Assembly: GCA_036930585.1 (NCBI GenBank)
Contig: GCA_036930585.1_3066.1
Reading direction: 5' to 3' (one strand)
Length of the DNA stretch: 64,000 bases
Source: a phage
Position 1 is the first letter of the stretch, and every line of letters begins with the position of its first letter. Below the pieces are notes generated by a model, which saw nothing but the letters and a program-made list of their open reading frames with translations, was not told where the DNA came from and made no database searches. Below, one piece after another: positions 9,717 to 19,624 of this stretch. A program made the position numbers and the translations under genes.

Positions 9717-10263
9717 TTAAATTAACTCATACGCCTGGAATGCATCGTATACATCTTTTTCTGTTTTAGATTGGGCATAATTCAATGCATCAGCGATTTG
9801 CCATTTTTCTGCGTCCTCAATATGTTTTGCGTAGGTACGTTTAACATAAGGAGAAAGTACTTTATCTACATTCGCAAAAGTCGTTCCGCCGTATTGGTGA
9901 GAAGCAACCTGTGCAGTAATTTGTGCCATAATTGCAGTAGCAACACCGATTGATTTAGGAGTTTCAATCTGTGCATTACCAAGCTTAAATCCGTTTTCAA
10001 GCATTCCTTTTAAATCTACTAAACAACAATTAGTAAATGGCAATGATATACTGTAATCTAAATCATGGAAATGAATAATTCCGCTTTCATGCGCTTTCAT
10101 AATAAAAGACGGGACCATATTTTTGGCAATGTGTTTAGACACAATACCAGGCCATAAGGTCCCGTTGAGTTGGAAAAACACGAGAATCTTTATTAGCATT
10201 CTCGTTTAAAAGGTCTTTATTAGTTTTATGAATCAATCCTTCAATTTCTTTTTCAATTGTCAT
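9717..10263 (-). pseudogene. nrdD: nrdD remnant: N-terminal ~165 codons of class III RNR, with a frameshift near 10146-10153 and premature stop at 9717
   Basis: ATG at 10263 opens MTIEKEIEGLIHKTNKDLLNE...; NrdD-like sequence continues in another frame (GIVSKHIAKNMVPSFIMKAHESGIIHFHDLDY...). Confidence 0.75.
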
Positions 10264-10733
10264 TTTAAACTCTTTCTAAGCTGCTTCTTGAATGAAGCTA
10301 TTAATTGTGTTTTGGTGTCAGATTCATTATATTCAAATCCTCTTTGAAGCATCTCGGCCATCATTTCCTCTTTTCCGAAACGAGAAAATTCCTTTGATTT
10401 ATCTCCAACAAAGTTAGGGTGAATATTATTTTGGGTGTAATCGGATTTTAAATAAGTAAGTAAATTTTCTAACCATTCAAGATAATCAACACCTTGTCCC
10501 TTTAAGCCAGAACGATTAAATTTATGCTTCATTTGACCTTCTGCGGCATTGCATAGATTACAAAGCAATCCACGTACCTTTCCTGCTTTTGGTCCATTTA
10601 ATTCATGGTCATGATCAAGATGATTAGCTTGAACATCAGGATTTAGTTCTCGTTGGCAAATTAAGCATTTACCGTTTTGTGCATCATAAAATTTCTGTTT
10701 TTCTTCTTTATATAATTTGCCAGTCAATAACAT
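10260..10733 (-). CDS. 49: endonuclease VII (Holliday junction resolvase)
   Basis: 157 aa; matches T4 gp49 by recall, Cys-rich zinc site. Confidence 0.95.
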   Translation of the reverse strand: MLLTGKLYKEEKQKFYDAQNGKCLICQRELNPDVQANHLDHDHELNGPKAGKVRGLLCNLCNAAEGQMKHKFNRSGLKGQGVDYLEWLENLLTYLKSDYTQNNIHPNFVGDKSKEFSRFGKEEMMAEMLQRGFEYNESDTKTQLIASFKKQLRKSLK

Positions 10734-10774
10734 AATAAACCCTTACCTTAAATAGATAAGGGTATTTATTATTT

Positions 10775-11278
10775 TCAAGTATTGTAAAACATTTGATTCA
10801 ATCGCTTATATTGCCGAATCTTTTGGTCAGAAAAAGAAATTTGGGTTTCAAGCCATTCAATGTACTCTGCGGCAGCTTGCATCAGGTTACCTTCATAGCC
10901 ATCGTTATTTTCTTGCGCAGCTAATTTAGCTAATGCGTATGAAATACGTTCACCTTGAAAAGCGGCTTTAGGCTTCTGAACATCTTGGCTAGTTCTCTCT
11001 ACAACTTCTTCAATTTCGCCATTTTCTACTGATTCAGTATTCCACAAACACCAGTATGTAATTGGCTTATCATAGATGTTAATAATCTTTCCGTCAGAAA
11101 GTTCAATTTCAATAATTCCAGTGTCAGGCTCTATATCATCTTCACATTCTTTTACAAGTTCACGAACTTTAAAGACAGTACCTGCACTAAGTTCCGGCCA
11201 GTAATTACACAGCCCTGTATCAGCACGATTAATTCTAAACCACTTATCTACTGTAATCATGTCCCATCTCCATATCAA
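10775..11278 (-). CDS. hypothetical protein (pin/49.1 region)
   Basis: 167-aa ORF preceded by promoter. Confidence 0.55.
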   Translation of the reverse strand: MIWRWDMITVDKWFRINRADTGLCNYWPELSAGTVFKVRELVKECEDDIEPDTGIIEIELSDGKIINIYDKPITYWCLWNTESVENGEIEEVVERTSQDVQKPKAAFQGERISYALAKLAAQENNDGYEGNLMQAAAEYIEWLETQISFSDQKIRQYKRLNQMFYNT

Positions 11279-11300
11279 TTAAGTCATTTATCGTTGGTTC

Positions 11301-11330
11301 ATTATATACTGTTTCTTCATCAGTGTAAAC
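11301..11330 (-). promoter_or_regulatory. early-type promoter: GTTTAC, ~17 bp, TATATAAT
   Basis: motif read on minus strand upstream of ORF 10775..11278. Confidence 0.55.
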
Positions 11331-11382
11331 CGGTTCTTCCGGCTCTGGCTCTACAGTTTCCCATCTAGCCGCCCACCAAGGT

Positions 11383-11553
11383 TTAACCCCGAAGCTTATT
11401 AAGTTCTTCATCATCAATCCAGGATTCTAGTCCTGATGGCAGGTCACATTCAATTTCCCAAAGAAGTTCTTCAATTTTTTGAAGACGATCTAGTTCTTCA
11501 GCAGGAATAGTAACCATTGACGGAGCTCTTGCTACATTAATATCGTAAATCAT
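11383..11553 (-). CDS. hypothetical protein; start uncertain
   Basis: ORF 11383..11592, internal Met chosen. Confidence 0.4.
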   Translation of the reverse strand: MIYDINVARAPSMVTIPAEELDRLQKIEELLWEIECDLPSGLESWIDDEELNKLRG

Positions 11554-11555
11554 AT

Positions 11556-11771
11556 TTACCCCAGTTTGACCATACAATCGCCGTATTTCCACTTAGAAAT
11601 AGACTTTTCACCATTAGAATAATAAACTTCAAGTTTAGCACGATTATTTTTAATTTGAATAACCTTTGCTGTCATCAAAGTTCCATACCCATAATAAACT
11701 GCAACTTCATCACCTACATATACCGCACTTCCGCGGTAATCGTGAATATAGTCAGTTCCTTCGAGCATCAT
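11556..11771 (-). CDS. hypothetical protein
   Basis: 71-aa ORF. Confidence 0.5.
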   Translation of the reverse strand: MMLEGTDYIHDYRGSAVYVGDEVAVYYGYGTLMTAKVIQIKNNRAKLEVYYSNGEKSISKWKYGDCMVKLG

Positions 11772-12031
11772 TTAAAGTATTCCCGCAATTGGTCAAATCC
11801 ACCAATATGACTTCCATCTGGAGCGAATACCTGCGGCATTGTCAATCCAATTTGAGTATCACGACCTAGTTTAGTCAGAAGCTCAGCGATTTTCTCATCA
11901 TCAAAAACACCTTTTTCCGGCATAATGTTGATAAATTCAAACGGCTGTTTCTTCACGGTCAAAAGACGTTTTGCATTATCGCAATACACACATTTATGGA
12001 TGTTGCTATCATAACCATATACTTTAAACAT
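11768..12031 (-). CDS. nrdC: phage thioredoxin/glutaredoxin NrdC
   Basis: 87 aa; CVYC active site; matches T4 NrdC by recall. Confidence 0.95.
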   Translation of the reverse strand: MFKVYGYDSNIHKCVYCDNAKRLLTVKKQPFEFINIMPEKGVFDDEKIAELLTKLGRDTQIGLTMPQVFAPDGSHIGGFDQLREYFK

Positions 12032-12032
12032 A

Positions 12033-12275
12033 TTATTCCTTAATTCCTAGTACTTGTTTAAAAGTCTCGTCGTAATCAAGACTTTGGCCCGTTTGTTCTT
12101 TATGTTTGTATATAATATCACTTACTTCTGATAGCATATTTTTATATGAACGAGTTAAAGCAGATTTAAGCACGCTGTATCTATCAGGAAATTTACCATG
12201 TTCATTATAATAAGCTATTGCTAATTCACGGACTGCCTTTTCAGCAGCCTCCATATATTCTTTACGCTTGGTCAT
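12033..12275 (-). CDS. hypothetical protein (nrdC.1 position)
   Basis: 80-aa ORF. Confidence 0.5.
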   Translation of the reverse strand: MTKRKEYMEAAEKAVRELAIAYYNEHGKFPDRYSVLKSALTRSYKNMLSEVSDIIYKHKEQTGQSLDYDETFKQVLGIKE

Positions 12276-12277
12276 TT

Positions 12278-12667
12278 TTAATCCAAAATATTATTAGGCA
12301 TTGGTTGAACACTCACAAGTTCTTTAAAGAACTCAGTAGAGTCAGGCAATTTAACCATTTCCGGAGCATGCTTACTGAATTTATGTTTACATTGACGGCA
12401 TTTATATTCAAGCTCTGGTTTACGCCAGTTAATCAATTGAACTTGTTCAGTTCCACATTCAGGGCAATTAGGAACGTTTTTAGAAGCTCTTTCACGTCGT
12501 TCAACCATAGCCATAATAGCATCCCATGCTGGAGGTTTAAAATCTAAATCGTCGCAGCCGTGAATCTTTCCACGCATTTCCATATCATCTTCCTCACCAG
12601 CCATAATAATTTTAATTAAACTGGAATTACTTGAAGCTGCAATGTCTTCTAATAGACGCTTTTTCAT
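12278..12667 (-). CDS. zinc-ribbon protein
   Basis: CPECG...CRQCKHKF four-Cys motif. Confidence 0.55.
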   Translation of the reverse strand: MKKRLLEDIAASSNSSLIKIIMAGEEDDMEMRGKIHGCDDLDFKPPAWDAIMAMVERRERASKNVPNCPECGTEQVQLINWRKPELEYKCRQCKHKFSKHAPEMVKLPDSTEFFKELVSVQPMPNNILD

Positions 12668-13590
12668 TTCAATACCTCAATAGCATTACGTAAACCATTT
12701 GCTTTGGCGGTTAAAGCCTTAAGAACTTTAGTATGCTCTTCAATTTGTTTTTCAACTTCAGTCAAACGGACATTGAGATATTCACGTTCTTCTTTCATAG
12801 TATCATTTCCATGATTGGGTTTTGGTATAGGTTTAAATTCACTAGGGTCCTTTAATTTAATAACAAATTTAGTTTCAAACAGTGAAAGACCATAATTCGT
12901 ATTATCATCAAAGGATTTGACTACATCCATATCAGATAATAACACGCGCAAATTATAAGCCAAAGAACTAATAGTTTCATTGTGTTTATTAGCTTCGCGT
13001 GGTTTCATATACGGAAGATTTTTATATATCTCATGCGGAGCGCAAACGATAATTGACAATTCAAATTGTCCATTCTGGGACGATGGAATGAATTTAGCCG
13101 TAACCCAGTCTTTTACATTCACATTAATAGTACGGTTATCACCATGACAAAACAGTCTACGAGAATGCTTAAAAAGCATATTCACGTTATTATTGAATTC
13201 GTGTGAAAATTCACTAGCAAATTTTTCTTTACTATCTTTAGAAAACCATTCTTCTAAATAAGTTCTTTTCACGTCGTTAATAATATTAAATGTAACAACA
13301 CTAGCATTTGATACATTAGTCTTAATGTAGCTTGGATACATAAATTTTTTAACATTATTAACAGCTATCACAGAAGATAGTAATCGGGAACGTTTGAACC
13401 ACTCGAGCAAAGAACCAAGAGAATGTGAATACGCATTTTGTGTATCTTTACAAATATGGTTTTCCCATCCAATATAGTCTAAAAAATCACGAAGAATATT
13501 ATTGATTACTGCTCTGTGTCCGATCTGATAATTACGGTGTTTAGTAATAAGACTGTCAAAATAATCAATATAATGTTTACGAGTTTTCAT
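12664..13590 (-). CDS. hypothetical protein, C-terminal coiled coil (family member 1 of 4)
   Basis: 308 aa. Confidence 0.6.
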   Translation of the reverse strand: MKTRKHYIDYFDSLITKHRNYQIGHRAVINNILRDFLDYIGWENHICKDTQNAYSHSLGSLLEWFKRSRLLSSVIAVNNVKKFMYPSYIKTNVSNASVVTFNIINDVKRTYLEEWFSKDSKEKFASEFSHEFNNNVNMLFKHSRRLFCHGDNRTINVNVKDWVTAKFIPSSQNGQFELSIIVCAPHEIYKNLPYMKPREANKHNETISSLAYNLRVLLSDMDVVKSFDDNTNYGLSLFETKFVIKLKDPSEFKPIPKPNHGNDTMKEEREYLNVRLTEVEKQIEEHTKVLKALTAKANGLRNAIEVLK

Positions 13591-13642
13591 ATTCTTCTCA
13601 CTTGGTTAATGGTTTATACTCCGAGCCATCCTTGGCTTTAAA

Positions 13643-14674
13643 TTACTTAATTAACTGTAAAGCTTGTTCAAGACGATTAAGACGATTAACGGATTCTTCC
13701 CAAATCTTTTTAGCCTGCTCATATTCTTTCTGCGCTTTATTAGAAATTTCTAGAACTTCTTTATAAGCTTTTTCTAGTGCAATAACTTCTGGACGAATTT
13801 CTACTGGTTCAGGCGAATCGTCAAGACATTCCATTAGTTCCTCAAGGGTAGTTTCTTCTTTAGGAGTATTCACAATTTCATCACATTTTTGTTGGTAAAT
13901 TTCTTTATCAGTCGGTGAGTACGCACACTTTACTTCACGGAGACTAACTACAATTTTATATCCTTCCCAACCGCATATATTCTTAAAAGGATAAGTATGA
14001 ATATTTTCTACTGTTTCCATACAAAGTAATGCGGTCTCTAATTGACGAGTTATAGTGCTAGCAATTGAGAAAAATTTATTAATGTTCTTTTGATTAGCTT
14101 CTGGTGTAAAAAATCTGTAATTAATAAAAATAGCTACTTTGTTTTTATCAAGTTCATATTCTTCTGCTATAATCATATCATCAGCTAAGGGATGAATTTG
14201 ACGATAATCGCCATAACATAATTTAGAAGCTGATTTTAGAATTTGCTTCGTAAAACTCCTAAATTCACTAACCCAACGACGAGTAAAAATATTCTCAGGG
14301 TCTTCTTTAGTATTAAGATGATAAGTATTAACATCACCGAACCAATTATATCCTACTACATCTTTAGTTCGTTTAATTTCTTTCCCAAATTTACTAAGAA
14401 TATCTCTGTTGACTAAGTATGAAAGAAGACGAGACTCTTTAAAGGTTTTCTTGATAAGATCTTTATCTACACGACTAGAAATTTTACGAATTTCATGAAT
14501 AAATTTGCTGGAAGAAACAATACTTGCATCAGTATTGTTGAGCCACTGATTGATAATAGAAAGAACACTATTCTGACTAGACATAGGTTTAACTTTATCA
14601 TCAATAACGCTATTGAATGATTTGATATATTCGTTACGAGTCATATTAATCTCCTCAGTAGAAAGTAAGAACAT
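13643..14674 (-). CDS. hypothetical protein, C-terminal coiled coil (family member 2 of 4)
   Basis: 343 aa. Confidence 0.6.
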   Translation of the reverse strand: MFLLSTEEINMTRNEYIKSFNSVIDDKVKPMSSQNSVLSIINQWLNNTDASIVSSSKFIHEIRKISSRVDKDLIKKTFKESRLLSYLVNRDILSKFGKEIKRTKDVVGYNWFGDVNTYHLNTKEDPENIFTRRWVSEFRSFTKQILKSASKLCYGDYRQIHPLADDMIIAEEYELDKNKVAIFINYRFFTPEANQKNINKFFSIASTITRQLETALLCMETVENIHTYPFKNICGWEGYKIVVSLREVKCAYSPTDKEIYQQKCDEIVNTPKEETTLEELMECLDDSPEPVEIRPEVIALEKAYKEVLEISNKAQKEYEQAKKIWEESVNRLNRLEQALQLIK

Positions 14675-14702
14675 TATACCACATCCTTGTGGTAAAGTAA
14701 AC
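14673..14702 (-). promoter_or_regulatory. early-type promoter: GTTTAC, 18 bp, TATAAT
   Basis: motif upstream of ORF 13643..14674. Confidence 0.55.
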
Positions 14703-15730
14703 TAGTTCAGTGCATTTAATGCATTGTTCAGTTTAGAACGTTGCTTCGTGAGATTTTTGACTTTTTCTTGTGCTTTTTCTAGCATCTTTTCAGCTTCTAG
14801 CATTTCATTGGTCGCTTTAACGAGTTCATCATCTACTGCCTTAAGAGACTTTTCAATCGCATCAGCGTGCCATTTTTCTACAGGTTTAAAATTTGAATTT
14901 TCAGTAGGAAGAAAACTCACTTTATTAAGTTTACATGCATCTATGTTACTTGAACTGTACATCCAACATTTAGGATCGTTTGATAAGTAATTGGATAAAT
15001 TTAAATTTAAGGTATCTTGCACTTCCTGCTTTTTCTCTTGCGGGACTTCATCCTTTCTCAAAAAATCGTATTTAAATGAAACGATCATATCAAGTTCATA
15101 CGTTGTTGTATGTTCCCAATTTCGCTCAAAATGAGGTAAAATCTTAGACTGAACAGCGGCAACAACATCCATATACTTAAATGCTTCTGTCAACTGTGAT
15201 TTAAGGCATTCACAAATTGAAAGAGAATTTTTTGTATTAGGTTTAAAGCTAATTCGTGCAGTTCTATTATTTTCTTTTAACGGTCTTACTTCCATCTGAA
15301 GAGTATAACCATCAAATTTCAGGTTCTTTAAGTTAATGTCAGAACCTTTTAATCGACTAGCCGTCGACAAAATTTGCTTTAATTGTCTACGGAACAGAGC
15401 AATAAATCTCCATTCAATGCGATAATGATTTGGATTGAAAAATCCAGATGATAAATCGACCTTACTCTGACCAACACCTTGAACAAATAGAGGATTTTTA
15501 TAATCAATAGTTTTACAGAAATCGGTGAGCTGTTCACGAGCAGTCATTTGAGTAATATACCCAGCTTCATTAAAATTACGCACCCATTCACTGCTGTTCA
15601 GATGTTTAAAGGCGTGAATGGAACAATTAACTTTACCAAGGTCTAAATTATTTTCGCACAAAAATGTCATAGCATCACGAGTATAGCTGGCATTACGAAC
15701 CATATCTTCAATTTGAGAACGAGTTTTCAT
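14702..15730 (-). CDS. hypothetical protein, C-terminal coiled coil (family member 3 of 4)
   Basis: 342 aa. Confidence 0.6.
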   Translation of the reverse strand: MKTRSQIEDMVRNASYTRDAMTFLCENNLDLGKVNCSIHAFKHLNSSEWVRNFNEAGYITQMTAREQLTDFCKTIDYKNPLFVQGVGQSKVDLSSGFFNPNHYRIEWRFIALFRRQLKQILSTASRLKGSDINLKNLKFDGYTLQMEVRPLKENNRTARISFKPNTKNSLSICECLKSQLTEAFKYMDVVAAVQSKILPHFERNWEHTTTYELDMIVSFKYDFLRKDEVPQEKKQEVQDTLNLNLSNYLSNDPKCWMYSSSNIDACKLNKVSFLPTENSNFKPVEKWHADAIEKSLKAVDDELVKATNEMLEAEKMLEKAQEKVKNLTKQRSKLNNALNALN

Positions 15731-15738
15731 GGTGTTCC

Positions 15739-16641
15739 TTAAGATTTAAGTAAATCGATAATTTTAATTAACTTTTCACGCTCAGATTTAGCTTTACTAC
15801 TCAGTCCAGATAGTCTGAAAATTTCATCATCATATTGTTGAATAGAAATATTCAGTTCTTCAATCTGTTTATTAAAATAATCAATTTGTTCAGAATGTTT
15901 TTCGTTACTACGAACTGGTACAGGTTTCGTAGGCAATGTAGTTGAACTGGATTCATCCGGGCGATAAATTAAAATACAATTTGAACCAATCGGGCATTTA
16001 GCACCAGACACATATTCTAGTGTTCCAGCTTCTTTTAAAACTTCAAAAGCTAAACAGAGATGATGACCCATATTGACATAATCTGTAGAGTGAGCTCTGA
16101 TATAATAATCATCTCCACGAGTACTAAATTTAAAGCATTTAAGGTCTTCTGTATTATTAGTTTTAAAAATCATTTGTTTATCTAGACCTTTAGCTAATCG
16201 AGCGCCTAATGCTAATAATCGTCGTTGATTTTCCCACAAATCTGCGATCATTTGGTCAAATGATAATTTCGGCATTAGTCGACCATAAAGGTCATATCCT
16301 TTATTATAATTGCGAAGGATTTCACACGCATTAATACGAGACAACGCTCCAATTTTATTAAGTGCTTTCATAATGCGATTAGATAAAAGCATTCCAGACC
16401 CGTTTGTTCGTTGTAAATGTTTATCTAATCCAAACCCAATATCAACTTTAAACTTATCTAAAATTTCAGCATGAACATCTCTGTCAATAACATTCAAATC
16501 CAAAGTTGGGTTAAATCTATGAAAAAATTTATCTGGTTCTCCACGGCGAAGTACAGTCCATTCATTTGATTTTTTATTAACTAAAGATTTAATTACTGCA
16601 TTGACATTATTAATTACTACTGACATATTTTTCTCACTCAA
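15739..16641 (-). CDS. hypothetical protein, C-terminal coiled coil (family member 4 of 4)
   Basis: 300 aa. Confidence 0.6.
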   Translation of the reverse strand: MSEKNMSVVINNVNAVIKSLVNKKSNEWTVLRRGEPDKFFHRFNPTLDLNVIDRDVHAEILDKFKVDIGFGLDKHLQRTNGSGMLLSNRIMKALNKIGALSRINACEILRNYNKGYDLYGRLMPKLSFDQMIADLWENQRRLLALGARLAKGLDKQMIFKTNNTEDLKCFKFSTRGDDYYIRAHSTDYVNMGHHLCLAFEVLKEAGTLEYVSGAKCPIGSNCILIYRPDESSSTTLPTKPVPVRSNEKHSEQIDYFNKQIEELNISIQQYDDEIFRLSGLSSKAKSEREKLIKIIDLLKS

Positions 16642-17042
16642 TTTTCAATTTTACTAAATACACAGAATATGATGGAAAAGACTATATAAGCACCGCATAC
16701 AGATTGAACTAATACCATTCCAAAGAACCAAACAATATTATCAAACAATGTCTGTTTTACGTCGAAAGGACGTAAACTTACAGTAATATTATCGCCTTTT
16801 TCTATTGATGAATACATCTCTGGGGAAATATATTCACTAAATCTATAACCGTCTTTGAGTTCATATACGGCAATAAACGATAAACTAGACCCCTTTCCTT
16901 GAGTTCCTGTAAGGGTATTAACTACAGTAACATCATAATCTTTATAATGCATATAATCATTAATTGCATAATAACCATATGCAACTACTACACATAAACA
17001 ACATATCAATAAATTCAATCTTTTAATTATCAACTGTTTCAT
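16638..17042 (-). CDS. membrane protein (N- and C-terminal TM segments)
   Basis: 134 aa, hydrophobic ends. Confidence 0.55.
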   Translation of the reverse strand: MKQLIIKRLNLLICCLCVVVAYGYYAINDYMHYKDYDVTVVNTLTGTQGKGSSLSFIAVYELKDGYRFSEYISPEMYSSIEKGDNITVSLRPFDVKQTLFDNIVWFFGMVLVQSVCGAYIVFSIIFCVFSKIEN

Positions 17043-17097
17043 AATAATCTCAATTAAAAGGGCTTAGAACCATTATACCATCCTTGGTATAAAGCGG

Positions 17098-17625
17098 TTA
17101 TGCGAGTACCGTCTTTAACCGTTCTTCAAACTTCCGAAGAGTATTTTGGCGTTCAGCTCTTTGCTTTTTGTAAGTTTCAATACGCTCTGAAATGAGAGTG
17201 TATCGTTCATTTACTGATTCTTTCATAAAATCAGGAATTTCACGAGAAGCTTTAATCTCATCAAATTTATCAATAACAGCTTGCTCTTCAGCAATTAAGT
17301 TATCATACATCAAAATATCTTTCTTGATGAACTCAATATCTTCTTGAGTTACACGAGATAATTTAGATGCTTTATCCTTTTTGTACTGTTCGTTAGTATC
17401 ACGAGACCAGTGTAATGTACGATTTTTATTCGTATTCTTGTAAATTTCTACAATACCAATCTCATCGATAATAACGATCCAATTCCAATGAGATTTGTAA
17501 ATTTGTCCTCCGTCAACCGTGATTTCACCTCCGATTGAGATGTCATTAAAGAACTTGCTTTGTGCTTCAGATTTAAATTTACCATCGTTGTAATTTACCA
17601 GGTTGAAAATATCTTTAGCGTTCAT
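17098..17625 (-). CDS. hypothetical protein
   Basis: 175 aa, preceded by promoter. Confidence 0.55.
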   Translation of the reverse strand: MNAKDIFNLVNYNDGKFKSEAQSKFFNDISIGGEITVDGGQIYKSHWNWIVIIDEIGIVEIYKNTNKNRTLHWSRDTNEQYKKDKASKLSRVTQEDIEFIKKDILMYDNLIAEEQAVIDKFDEIKASREIPDFMKESVNERYTLISERIETYKKQRAERQNTLRKFEERLKTVLA

Positions 17626-17653
17626 TTTGTGTTCCTCCGTAGTTGATAGTTGT

Positions 17654-17683
17654 ATAGTACCACAGAGGAACAGTCTTGTAAAC
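17654..17683 (-). promoter_or_regulatory. early-type promoter: GTTTAC, 18 bp, TACTAT
   Basis: motif read on minus strand. Confidence 0.6.
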
Positions 17684-17685
17684 CA

Positions 17686-18000
17686 CTAAAAGAAACTTCT
17701 TTCACAATTTTTTCCACTGAACCATGCGCTTACCGCTTTCTTAGTCTCAGGAGCAGTGTTATCCATAAACCATTCAAAGGCAGCCTTTTTATGATTCTGG
17801 AGGGCTTCTCGGGCTTTAATCTGCTCACGGTCTATTAACACTAACATATGAGCCTTTCTTGTCACCATGGGCTTCTTATGATTTTTTGAATACTCCCAGT
17901 CATTTGTCCAACGCATCGTTGTTGCGAACTGATGAACCGCGTCTTTAATTTTAGTTTCGTAAATTTCACGAGCCTTTGAGTATAACATCATTACCTCCAT
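17686..18000 (-). CDS. hypothetical protein
   Basis: 104-aa ORF. Confidence 0.5.
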   Translation of the reverse strand: MEVMMLYSKAREIYETKIKDAVHQFATTMRWTNDWEYSKNHKKPMVTRKAHMLVLIDREQIKAREALQNHKKAAFEWFMDNTAPETKKAVSAWFSGKNCERSFF

Positions 18001-18090
18001 TCACCAGTTTAATTCTAGTCATCTTTTTAATGGCAGTCCATATAATCTATTTCTGAACTGCCTTTTTGTCATAGAAGTCCTCTTATGAAT

Positions 18091-19077
18091 TTATTTCAGA
18101 AGAGTAACCTCAGCGATTTCTTGCCAACCGTTTTTGTCGGTCATAATAAAGTCAGCAAGATAAAGTGCAGTACGCAGTGAAACATTGCGTAAACGATTAA
18201 CATTGACTTTCATCCATGATAATGCTTTATAAGTTTCTTCATCAGAAAGACCGCGCTTTTGCATCATGTCAGTTGAAAGAATAACATCTTCAACCCTGAC
18301 CATAATTTCTTCATTAGTGTGAACACCCAAATCCAAATAAACCGAGCGGGACACTAATGCTTGTAAATGTGGAGCAAGTTTAGTACCACGGTCTAATTCG
18401 CGGTCAATGTCAACGTTTGTGATAAAAACAATCGTTCCTTTAAATTCAAACTCACGCTCAATGCCTTTTTCTTCTAAGTAAGAAGATGCGGTGCTCCAGC
18501 AGACTTTACGGGTCTCTCCAGTGTCCAGAGCAGCTTTCAGAAGATTAAGAATGTCCATATCAGAGAAAACATCCACATCATCAATCAAAAGGACAGAATT
18601 CTCTTCACGATTATTCCAAAGTTGTTCATAAAGACCGATACCGGAGATTTTACCGTTAATGCTTTTATATTCAATGTATCCATTATCATTTGCTTTATTC
18701 AAAGCTTTATCTAAAGAATACGTTTTACCAATACCCGCCGCACCAGAGATAATTAATGAACGAATGTTTCCGTTAATAATACCATTCGTCATCATTCCCA
18801 TAACATTAAATCTTTTATTAATGCGGGTTTTCATATCTTCATATGATTCTTTAACTTCTTCAACTTTTACACCATCATATGAAATGTCTGATTTGTAAAC
18901 CCAAACACCGCGACGCTTACCGTCAATTTCAACAAAAACTTTACCATCTCCTTGTGCATCTACCGGAGCATTATCTGGGAACCATTCACCTAAGAACTCA
19001 AAAGTTCCAGAGATTTCTTTACCGAAGTAGATACCCTTATTGATAGTTACAGTTTTCATTTTATTCTCCAATCTCAC
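18091..19077 (-). CDS. P-loop NTPase
   Basis: Walker A GAAGIGKT, Walker B VLLIDDVD. Confidence 0.65.
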   Translation of the reverse strand: MRLENKMKTVTINKGIYFGKEISGTFEFLGEWFPDNAPVDAQGDGKVFVEIDGKRRGVWVYKSDISYDGVKVEEVKESYEDMKTRINKRFNVMGMMTNGIINGNIRSLIISGAAGIGKTYSLDKALNKANDNGYIEYKSINGKISGIGLYEQLWNNREENSVLLIDDVDVFSDMDILNLLKAALDTGETRKVCWSTASSYLEEKGIEREFEFKGTIVFITNVDIDRELDRGTKLAPHLQALVSRSVYLDLGVHTNEEIMVRVEDVILSTDMMQKRGLSDEETYKALSWMKVNVNRLRNVSLRTALYLADFIMTDKNGWQEIAEVTLLK

Positions 19078-19095
19078 ATTTGTTTTGATAGGGTA

Positions 19096-19125
19096 ATAGT
19101 ATCACACTACTACCCTTCTGTAAAC
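19096..19125 (-). promoter_or_regulatory. early-type promoter: GTTTAC, 18 bp, TACTAT
   Basis: motif upstream of ORF 18091..19077. Confidence 0.6.
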
Positions 19126-19128
19126 AAT

Positions 19129-19392
19129 TTATTTTAACGTTCGCCAAATTTTTACTGCTTCACGGCGAGATACTTCTACAGCTCCAAGTTCTACAGCTTT
19201 TTGGCGTCGGCGAGCGTGTAAGTCATAATGTTTAATGCGTTTATCTTGAAACCAAGAACGTTTCATTCCTATTGCTTCTGCCATTTCATGAAGCTCTTCA
19301 ATATCTCCATCAGTGAACATATGACAATTTTTAGTTGGATGACCGCGAAGTTTCCATCCATGATTCATTAAAACATCTACGTAAACTGTCAT
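19129..19392 (-). CDS. hypothetical protein
   Basis: 87-aa ORF. Confidence 0.5.
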   Translation of the reverse strand: MTVYVDVLMNHGWKLRGHPTKNCHMFTDGDIEELHEMAEAIGMKRSWFQDKRIKHYDLHARRRQKAVELGAVEVSRREAVKIWRTLK

Positions 19393-19538
19393 TGATTCTT
19401 CTCCAAATAAGTTTCGATAATTTTCTGAGCGAGATAAACTGCATTATCTTCAGTTGCATCTTCTAAGAAACTTTCAAAACACTCTGAAATTTCTTCTGTG
19501 TCAATCAACTTTTTTACTTCAATTGGTGTAATTTTCAT
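19389..19538 (-). CDS. small hypothetical protein (49 aa); track N-terminus rejected
   Basis: internal ATG lies downstream of promoter 19576-19605. Confidence 0.4.
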   Translation of the reverse strand: MKITPIEVKKLIDTEEISECFESFLEDATEDNAVYLAQKIIETYLEKNQ

Positions 19539-19575
19539 TTTGTTTTTCCGTTTAAGTGTTTGTTTTGATAGTTGT

Positions 19576-19605
19576 ATAGTACCATAAAGCTTTATGCTTG
19601 TAAAC
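19576..19605 (-). promoter_or_regulatory. early-type promoter: GTTTAC, 18 bp, TACTAT
   Basis: motif read on minus strand. Confidence 0.6.
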
Positions 19606-19624
19606 AATTTTGTGAAAAATTTTT

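Noticed and set aside
12218-15000. Plus-strand ORFs 12218..12547 and 14724..14990 antisense to minus-strand genes
   Set aside because: They are entirely antisense to longer, better-supported minus-strand ORFs and are Ser/Phe/Leu-rich, as expected from reverse-frame translation of AT-rich coding DNA.
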